Virus record (IMG/VR): IMGVR_UViG_3300024960_000061
Coordinates: 1-57,981 of that record
Source of the DNA: a virus
Lineage: Duplodnaviria; Caudoviricetes
Reading direction: 5' to 3' (one strand)
Length of the DNA stretch: 57,981 nucleotides
The position numbers and the translations under genes were made by a program. Each line of letters begins with the position of its first letter. Positions within the stretch are counted from its first letter, which is position 1. The notes below the pieces were generated by a model. It searched no databases. It saw only the letters and a list, made by a program, of their open reading frames with translations, and had not been told where the DNA came from. Shown piece by piece: positions 18,016-24,595 of the stretch.

Positions 18016-18431
18016 CGGTCGTTGGTTCCCGTGGTGAGGAGCTGCGCGCTGGCGTCGGAGAGGGAGAGCACCAGGGCGAACGAGCGCCCCACGACGGGGA
18101 AGACGGTGCCGGTAACGGTGAGCCGATCGCCGTCGAGAACGACCGTGAGAGCGACGTCATCGACGCGCTCGTCCGCGCGGCACTCCTCCTCCGCCGCGCG
18201 GGCGATCTCGCGGAGGTCGGCGTCGTCGAGGGAGTCGTTCAGCGCGGCGCGGATGTCCATCCCGAAGGAGGCGTCATCGAGCAAACTCCCGCGCGGAGTG
18301 ACGAGCCGGTGCGCGAGCGCCTGGGCCAGCGCGGCGGTCCCGCGGATCGGCGGGGCGTACACGTCGAGGTCAAAGAACCCGTCCGCCCCCACGCCGCACG
18401 CGAGGTCGAAGCCGTAGTTGGTGGTGGTCAT
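18012..18431 (-). CDS. Baseplate wedge / sheath initiator (gp25-like)
   Basis: LAQALAHRLVTPRGSLLDD..FG.D, DERVDDV; coupled to J. Confidence 0.75.
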   Translation of the reverse strand: MTTTNYGFDLACGVGADGFFDLDVYAPPIRGTAALAQALAHRLVTPRGSLLDDASFGMDIRAALNDSLDDADLREIARAAEEECRADERVDDVALTVVLDGDRLTVTGTVFPVVGRSFALVLSLSDASAQLLTTGTNDR

Positions 18432-18529
18432 GGGCGGCGCTTTGTGGGTGGTGAGCGCGCACCCCGGCCGCTGCTACGGCGGGCCGGATTGCCGCATTGG
18501 AGGGGAGAACCGGGGCGGTGGCAAGAGGG

Positions 18530-19669
18530 TCAGGCCGCGGCGCGACCGCGGTTGGCGTGTCCGCCGGGCGTGGCCGGGGTGCTGATCGCGTCTTCCGGCG
18601 ACCACCCACGGTTGAGCCGGAACCTGATCGTGCTCGGCCCGATGCCTGTCGCCCGAGCCCACTCGCTCACGCGGAGCGTTCTGCCGTGCGCGGTGACGAA
18701 CTTGCGCGGCCGCTCCGCGGTGGTCGCGGTGGCCGAGAGGTAGAGCGCGTGCTTGCGATCGAGGTACACCGTGGCGCCGCCGTAGAGCGCTCGGATGACC
18801 GACGTCGCGACGGTGTTGCCGCACAGCTTGCCGGTCACCGATCGGCTCTCTGCTCTGTAGTGAACCCGCGCCTTCGTGCGAGAGACGCGGCGCGCGAACG
18901 CAAGGAATCCTTCGACCATGGGGACACTGCCCTCCAGAGCGACGTGCCATTGCTTCGTCGTCTTGTGTCGCCCGATCGTCCCATCCCCATCGATGGCGCC
19001 GCGCCAGAAGTGACGCTCAAGATCGGGGCGCAGCGCGGGCGGCGTCGCAATCAGGCTCTTGGCCTGCACCACGTTGTGCCTCGCCAGCCCCGAAACGAGC
19101 TCGGTGCTGGCGATGGCGTACGACGCCGCTGGGAATCCGTTGTTCTCGACGGTGACGATAGGGTGGTCCGACGACAGCGCCGTGCGGAACTTCTCTAGGT
19201 GCCCGACGTCGCGCGCCTGGAGCAGCACGCGCATCAGCTTCCTTGTCACGTAGCCATCGGCCATCAGGAACCCGAGCCAATACGCCTTCGCTTCGGTGTC
19301 GATGACGTCGAAGTAGTGGTGGTCGCAGCCGTACCGACGGTGCGAAACGGCCAGTGACCGAACCTTCCCGCCCTGCCGCCGCACAGCAGCGGTGATGGTG
19401 ACCGGCGCGAGATTGAGCGCGCGGCCCAAGGCGACGCACGACTCGCCGTTGCGGTAACGCTCCACGATGGCGCGCTCGGCTTCCGTCGAGAGGATCATCG
19501 CGGCCTCGGAGCGGCTCCGCATCGGCTCCCCGTTCCGCTTCAGGATCATCGCCGCCGATGCGGTCGGCACGCCCGCCGCCGCCGCGGCTCCCGCGGTGGA
19601 CTTCCCCGAGCGGTACGCGGTCACGACGGCACCAACAACATCAGGGGGCCATGCGACGCCTCGGCCCAT
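18530..19669 (-). CDS. LAGLIDADG homing-endonuclease-like protein with HTH domains
   Basis: YWLGFLMADGY and HFWRGAIDGDG motifs; TGATG coupling. Confidence 0.8.
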   Translation of the reverse strand: MGRGVAWPPDVVGAVVTAYRSGKSTAGAAAAAGVPTASAAMILKRNGEPMRSRSEAAMILSTEAERAIVERYRNGESCVALGRALNLAPVTITAAVRRQGGKVRSLAVSHRRYGCDHHYFDVIDTEAKAYWLGFLMADGYVTRKLMRVLLQARDVGHLEKFRTALSSDHPIVTVENNGFPAASYAIASTELVSGLARHNVVQAKSLIATPPALRPDLERHFWRGAIDGDGTIGRHKTTKQWHVALEGSVPMVEGFLAFARRVSRTKARVHYRAESRSVTGKLCGNTVATSVIRALYGGATVYLDRKHALYLSATATTAERPRKFVTAHGRTLRVSEWARATGIGPSTIRFRLNRGWSPEDAISTPATPGGHANRGRAAA

Positions 19670-20262
19670 CACTTCACCGCGCCCTTCATGCTGACCGCGC
19701 GCTCCGCAGGCCAGCCTCGATCCAGCCGCGCCGCGATCGTCCCGCCGCGCACCCCGTAGACATCGCTCCACTCGGCCACGCACCGCGCGACGCCGAAGGC
19801 GGCCACGACCCGGTTGTTGTCCTTGTTCCGCCCCTGCGTCGTCGCCGTCGCCCACCGCACGTTGCCGGGCTCGTAGCCGCGGTCGTTGTCGATGCGGTCC
19901 AGGCTGGCGCCGTCGAAGGGGCGCGGGCCAACGTCGGCCGCGAACGCCGCGAAGCTCGCAGACCAGCGGGGACAGACCGTGATGCCGCGTCCGCCGTACC
20001 TATCGTTGGAGGCGTCGCCGCAGCGCGCCCGCATCCCGACCCACACCTCGTAGAGGGGCGACCCCGCGGCCCGGTGATCTTCTGACGCCCTCCGCTCGCT
20101 CGCCTTCCCGCACCCGCAGTCGCGCGCCTTCGTCCGCGCCGCCATCGTCACCGACCGTCCGCAGTCGCAGGCCCACACCGCGAGCTGCACCCAACCGCGG
20201 GCGGTGCGGACCCTCCCGTCGCAGAGCCGCACCATCACCAGCGCGCCGCGGCGGCGCATCAC
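19669..20262 (-). CDS. Phage HNH-type endonuclease
   Basis: YGGRGITVCPRW..F..F..D.G.RP...SLDRIDNDRGYEPGNVRWAT. Confidence 0.8.
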   Translation of the reverse strand: MMRRRGALVMVRLCDGRVRTARGWVQLAVWACDCGRSVTMAARTKARDCGCGKASERRASEDHRAAGSPLYEVWVGMRARCGDASNDRYGGRGITVCPRWSASFAAFAADVGPRPFDGASLDRIDNDRGYEPGNVRWATATTQGRNKDNNRVVAAFGVARCVAEWSDVYGVRGGTIAARLDRGWPAERAVSMKGAVK

Positions 20263-20750
20263 TTCTTCGCTCCGCGCCAGCGCCGCTCGATGTCCCCGCC
20301 GTCGTTCCGCGCTTCGTACGTCGCCCCACGCAGCAGCAACGTCCCGACGCGCTTGATGAGCCGAGCCCGGTCGACCACTTCCCGCGTGATGAACGCGACC
20401 GCGCTCGGCCGCTCGCTGTTCTCTAGGACGTACTCAACGCTCTTCCCGAGCAGCACCGTGAGGTGCTTCATCGTCTCCCCGAGCACCGCGGCCGTGTGCT
20501 CAGGGCGGGTGCGGTCGTCGGCTTCGGCGTAGAGCGTCGCGAGGGCCAGCGCCTCGTCGATGGAGAAGATGGCGTGGTCCTTCAGGTCGGCCAGGATCGC
20601 GTCGTATCCCTGTTCCCAGGGCAGCCGCTCCCCCGGGACCGGCGTGGCCTGGAGCTTCGCGATGCAGGCATCGCAGAGGGTGTGCTTGGACGGGCGGAAG
20701 CAGTCGATGCAGCGGTCGGCCGCGAGCACGAAAGGGCGACGCGGCTTCAT
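20259..20750 (-). CDS. Hypothetical protein with N-terminal Zn finger
   Basis: CIDC...CDAC; RLPWE motif shared with 796-1104. Confidence 0.65.
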   Translation of the reverse strand: MKPRRPFVLAADRCIDCFRPSKHTLCDACIAKLQATPVPGERLPWEQGYDAILADLKDHAIFSIDEALALATLYAEADDRTRPEHTAAVLGETMKHLTVLLGKSVEYVLENSERPSAVAFITREVVDRARLIKRVGTLLLRGATYEARNDGGDIERRWRGAKK

Positions 20751-20947
20751 CGCACGGCCTCGCCAACAAGAGCGCTGTCGAGGTTGGGCGGCGGGACGTC
20801 TAGGTCGGGCGCGCCGGGCTCAAGGTCCGGCGGCGAGGGGAAGTCGAGGTCCGGCGGCGAGGGCTGCGGATCGACGACAGGGCGATGCGTTGGCGGCGCC
20901 GGAGGGACGGGGACGTCCTTCGGCACCGCCGGGGTCTGATGAACCAC
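20747..20947 (-). CDS. Pro/acidic small protein with PDLDFP repeats, copy 2
   Basis: VPPAPPTHRP...PDLDFPSPPDLEP..PDLDVPPP; paralogue of 796-1104. Confidence 0.75.
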   Translation of the reverse strand: MVHQTPAVPKDVPVPPAPPTHRPVVDPQPSPPDLDFPSPPDLEPGAPDLDVPPPNLDSALVGEAVR

Positions 20948-20984
20948 GGTGGCCTCCCGAGCCCGCGTGGTTGGTGCGGGCTAC
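20948..20984 (-). promoter_or_regulatory. Conserved 5' leader hairpin plus RBS, copy 2
   Basis: Minus strand GTAGCCCGC-N9-GCGGGCTCGGGAGGCCACC-GTG. Confidence 0.75.
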
Positions 20985-20991
20985 AGAGAGA

Positions 20992-21033
20992 ACACTAGCG
21001 GATTGCTAAACTTAGCGCAAGGCTAACCTTAGC
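20992..21033 (-). promoter_or_regulatory. Promoter TTGCGC-N17-TAGTGT with two GCTAA-N2-TTAGC palindromes
   Basis: -35 at 21020-21015, -10 at 20997-20992; palindromes at 21005-21016 and 21022-21033. Confidence 0.75.
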
Positions 21034-21035
21034 GG

Positions 21036-21326
21036 TTAGCTCTGTTTCGGGCGCCCCGCCTTGGCGTCGCCGCGCTCCTTCGCCGCCTCGTACTCCTCGG
21101 TCAGTCCGAGCACCTTGATCGCTCGGTTGACGTCGCCCGGTCCGGCCATCTCCAGCGACTCAGCGACGCGGGTGAGGTTCCAGCCGCACTCCTTGAGCGC
21201 CCCGAGAAGCATCCCGCGCTGCGCGGCCTCGCCCGCCTGGGTGAGCTTCGACTTGCGTCGCGCCTCGGGTTCCGTCGCCTTCGCCGGGGTCTTCTTCCGT
21301 CCGCCGCTCGTCTTCGTCGTCGCCAT
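21036..21326 (-). CDS. Fis-like (HTH_8) DNA-binding protein, copy 2
   Basis: KSKLTQAGE...LLGALKECGWNLTRVAESLEM...IKVLGL; TATGAT 10 nt upstream of the ATG. Confidence 0.8.
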   Translation of the reverse strand: MATTKTSGGRKKTPAKATEPEARRKSKLTQAGEAAQRGMLLGALKECGWNLTRVAESLEMAGPGDVNRAIKVLGLTEEYEAAKERGDAKAGRPKQS

Positions 21327-21411
21327 GCCGCCGAGCATCATACGCGACCTCCTAGTCACCCGCCTACGCCGCGGCAACGGCGGAGCTTCACGCCTCGGCC
21401 CCTCGGCCCCG

Positions 21412-21975
21412 TCAGCGCAGCGAGAGGGGCTGCGCGCCGGAGGTCGGCTTCGCGTCGGGCGGGATCGGAGCCGGTGCGACCTCGTCCTCCGATGCCGGAG
21501 GCTCCGCCGGAGCGCCGTCGGTCAGGCCACCATCCGCCGCGCCATCCGCCGGCGGAGGTAGCGTCTCCACCCGCTTCGGGGGCGGCGCGCTCTCGCCGGG
21601 TTTGGGGACCTCAAGCTCCGCGAACGCAGTGTCGAAGGTGCCGCGCCGGAGTTCCCTCGCAAGTACCGCGTAGGTGTCGTGCTTGTCGCCTTCCTTCACC
21701 TCGCCGAGCATCAGCACGACGATCGCGTTCTTCTCCGGCGACGCGATCCACACGATGCGCGTGCGATCCCCGACGTGTCTGGCGCGGATGCCCGAAAGAT
21801 CCTCGCTCTTGATGTGGGAGGGGTTGAGCCCGTGCTCGGGGAGGTACTCGACGAGCGCGTGCCGGACAGCCTTCCAGAGCTTGCCAACAGGCTTCTCCGG
21901 CTTCGCCTCGCCCTTGGCCTTGAGGCTGGCGATCTGCTCGGCCGCGACCGGTGAGTAGGTGATCTTGATCAGCAC
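21412..21975 (-). CDS. RelE/YhaV-like toxin with Pro-rich tail
   Basis: ITYSPVA, RTRIVW...IVVLML, KEGDKHDTYAVL.R.L..G. Confidence 0.65.
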   Translation of the reverse strand: MLIKITYSPVAAEQIASLKAKGEAKPEKPVGKLWKAVRHALVEYLPEHGLNPSHIKSEDLSGIRARHVGDRTRIVWIASPEKNAIVVLMLGEVKEGDKHDTYAVLARELRRGTFDTAFAELEVPKPGESAPPPKRVETLPPPADGAADGGLTDGAPAEPPASEDEVAPAPIPPDAKPTSGAQPLSLR

Positions 21976-21989
21976 CGGACCCTCGGGTT

Positions 21990-22484
21990 CTAGAGGTCCA
22001 GCGCGACGCTCGGGCCGTCCCCGACATCCTCCGGGAACGGGATAGCCAAGTCCTCGTCGGCCCCCAGAAGCGGCTCCTCGCCGAGCATGTGACCCAGAAA
22101 CACCAGGTCGTTCGTCAGGCTGTCCACGTTACGATCGAGAGCCGCCTTCAGGCGCTTCGCCAGTGGAGGGAAGTGTTTCCGCAGGGAGCGCAAAAACGGA
22201 TCCCAGGAGCCATCGCGGATCTGATGGAGCAGGCGCACCCCTTCCCTATACACACTCACCAATTCCGTCCGGTCGACAGCCCCCGAGTCGAGCGCGAAGA
22301 AGTTTGACAGCGGATTACCCCGCTCTCCCAGACAACCCTCAAGCGCCTTCGTCTTGTGGAGCGCATGATCGCGCAGCGCGCGAAGGTTCGGGTGAGCAGA
22401 GACGGCCGCCGGGGCCCCGATCGCCCCGAAGATGAGCGCGGCCTTCGCCGGGTTCATGTGCTTGACGGTGTTCATCTGCATCAT
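21990..22484 (-). CDS. Putative antitoxin of unrecognised family
   Basis: Immediately upstream of the toxin; acidic C-terminus DEDLAIPFPEDV; start codon uncertain. Confidence 0.5.
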   Translation of the reverse strand: MMQMNTVKHMNPAKAALIFGAIGAPAAVSAHPNLRALRDHALHKTKALEGCLGERGNPLSNFFALDSGAVDRTELVSVYREGVRLLHQIRDGSWDPFLRSLRKHFPPLAKRLKAALDRNVDSLTNDLVFLGHMLGEEPLLGADEDLAIPFPEDVGDGPSVALDL

Positions 22485-22515
22485 GACGGGCACCGGAGGG
22501 AGCGCATGGAGGGGC

Positions 22516-22552
22516 AAGGTAGCCTTGGGATGCACAGGGGCGCAACCCTGTG
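22516..22552 (-). promoter_or_regulatory. Promoter with a perfect inverted repeat bracketing the -35
   Basis: CACAGGG-[TTGCGC]-CCCTGTG (22533-22552), TACCTT -10 at 18-nt spacing. Confidence 0.6.
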
Positions 22553-22641
22553 GCAACCGGGTTCAGTACCTGCGGCGGCCTGCGCGGGCGGGACAAGGCT
22601 GCGGAGGGGCCTCCAGCGGGGGATGGGAGGCGACGAAAGAC

Positions 22642-22719
22642 TCACGTCCACGCCAGGCCGAAGTAGGGGTCCAAGTCGGAGGCGCTCGGGGTGCCGATGT
22701 CGATGCCCAGGGAGGTCAC
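22642..22719 (-). pseudogene. Truncated N-terminus of a gp25-like wedge gene
   Basis: GTGA-coupled to the spike gene; TSLGIDI...DLDPYF resembles TNYGFDL...DLDVY of 18012-18431; stops after 25 codons. Confidence 0.6.
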
Positions 22720-23864
22720 GGGAGCCTCAGGAGGTCGGTGCCCTCGGTGATGGTGCCGTCGAGCGAGATGGGTGCGGCGTTCGGGATCGTGGGTGGCGCG
22801 CCGGGCGTTCCCGGGAACAACGGGTTGGCGACCTCCACCGTGCCCGTGGGGATGGTCACCCGCACCGAGTGCCCGTTGCGCGCGGCGCCATGCGTGCCGC
22901 CGTAGAGCGTCCACCGGCCCGCCGCTGTCGAGGGCTCCCAGAGCACCACCACGGGGCGGCGCGGGTCCGCGTTCTCATACGTGAAGCTGACGAGCGAGCC
23001 CTCGGGGATCTCCACGGTGAGCCCGGGGAGCGTGCGGTAGGGCACGTCCGCGCAGCTCGGCCGCCGAGGGTCTTCCGGGCGGAGGTCCAGGCGCCCGGAG
23101 GCGCGCTGCTGCACCACCGTCGCGCTGTAGCAGCCGGTGAAGTCGAGGCGCCGGGTGATGCGCCGCACGACGGCCTCGAAGGCTGCCATCAGTCGTCCCC
23201 CGGCCACGTCCTCGCGCTCCTCCAGCACCGACGTCCGCAGCGCCACGCCGTCGAGCCGGTGCGTGACGGCGCCGATGCGCACCGCGGTCCCGTCGAGGGT
23301 GACGGTCTGCCCGGGCGCGAGGTCGAGCGCCGCATCACCCGCGAGCTCGGTCGAGCCGGTGACGGGCTCGCGGCCCATCACGTCGACGTCGCGCACCGTG
23401 ACCGTGGCCCACGTCTCCCCGCCCACCCACACCGTGCCGTCGGCGAGCACCCGCCAGGGCATCCCGGCGTAGCGCGCGACCTCGGCGACGGCGATGTCCC
23501 CGGTGGCCCGGGTGCGGTGCCATCGGGAGACCGCCACCGCGAGGGAGTCGGCGCTCGGGGCGATGGTCTCGCCCGCCGCGCGCAGGGCCTCCTCGAGCAC
23601 CGCGCGCAGGGTGGTCCCGGCGAGCGCCACGGGGGGCAGCTCGCGCTGCAGTCCGCCCGCGCCGCCCACGATCCGCCCCGACCAGCGGCCGTACGCGACC
23701 GCGCCCCGCACGACGGTCCCGCGCCAGACGCGGCCCTCCAGGTCGAGGGTGACCGCGCCGGTGACGTCGGTGTCGCTGTCCACCTCCACGTCCGCCGTCC
23801 ACGCGCCGAAGCGCGGAATGACCAGCGAGAGGGCCAGCAGGGGGTGTGCGTTGAGGGTGGTCAT
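22716..23864 (-). CDS. Baseplate hub plus spike fusion protein
   Basis: PRFGAWTADV, WRVLADGTVWVG..W hub-like N-terminus; OB-fold-like spike C-terminus (YSATVVQQ...DPRRP, AARNGH). Confidence 0.65.
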   Translation of the reverse strand: MTTLNAHPLLALSLVIPRFGAWTADVEVDSDTDVTGAVTLDLEGRVWRGTVVRGAVAYGRWSGRIVGGAGGLQRELPPVALAGTTLRAVLEEALRAAGETIAPSADSLAVAVSRWHRTRATGDIAVAEVARYAGMPWRVLADGTVWVGGETWATVTVRDVDVMGREPVTGSTELAGDAALDLAPGQTVTLDGTAVRIGAVTHRLDGVALRTSVLEEREDVAGGRLMAAFEAVVRRITRRLDFTGCYSATVVQQRASGRLDLRPEDPRRPSCADVPYRTLPGLTVEIPEGSLVSFTYENADPRRPVVVLWEPSTAAGRWTLYGGTHGAARNGHSVRVTIPTGTVEVANPLFPGTPGAPPTIPNAAPISLDGTITEGTDLLRLP

Positions 23865-24595
23865 CGGGGAGCAGCGGCGCCGCTGGCCGAGGGCCGAGCG
23901 ACGCGCGCGGGGGCGGCGATGGGGGCGATCGTCTCGCCGTGGTTCTGAATGGGCCGGGCGGCCGCAGGCGTCTCGGCGGGCGTCGTGGTCGTGCGCACGG
24001 CGCGCGCCACCGGTTCCTTGTGCGACTTGAACTTGATGGTCAGCAGCACCATCCCGCTGTCCGCGTCGTACTCGGGCAGCGAGACCGACTCGACGGTGGC
24101 CATCGTGATGCGCGCGAACGCCAGCGAGGGGTACGCCACCGGGAAGGCGTTGGAGCCCTGACGCGTCGGCGCCTCGTCGGAGAGGCGCGCGTAGATCGCG
24201 TCCATCTCCTGCACGTGCAGGTCTTCCTCGGCCTCGTCGTCTTCGGGGAAGGCACCGAGGGTGACCGTGAAGTCCACCTTGTCGTGCCCCGCGGCCACGC
24301 TGCGCCCGCCGTTGCGGCCGCGTGGGCTGCGATGGTCGCTCTTCGGCTTCAGGGCATCGCCGCTGACGGTGACCTTCCCTGTGAACGCCACGCCTGCGAT
24401 GGTGATCTCATCCCACTTCGTGGGGTCGGCCCACGGCGCCGCCAGCGCGACGCGGGAGGGCGTCGGTGGAGGCGCCGCGGGTCGGCGAGCGCGGTGGGGC
24501 GTGGTGCCCGGAGCGGCGGCCGCCGGCGTCGCGGGGAGCCCCTGGAAGAACCCGGGGGCCCGCGTGTCGTCGCCTGCGGCGAGTGGGGTGGTCAT
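23861..24595 (-). CDS. Tail tube initiator / baseplate-associated protein
   Basis: Follows the tape measure gene; WDEITIAG..G.V motif. Confidence 0.55.
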   Translation of the reverse strand: MTTPLAAGDDTRAPGFFQGLPATPAAAAPGTTPHRARRPAAPPPTPSRVALAAPWADPTKWDEITIAGVAFTGKVTVSGDALKPKSDHRSPRGRNGGRSVAAGHDKVDFTVTLGAFPEDDEAEEDLHVQEMDAIYARLSDEAPTRQGSNAFPVAYPSLAFARITMATVESVSLPEYDADSGMVLLTIKFKSHKEPVARAVRTTTTPAETPAAARPIQNHGETIAPIAAPARVARPSASGAAAPR

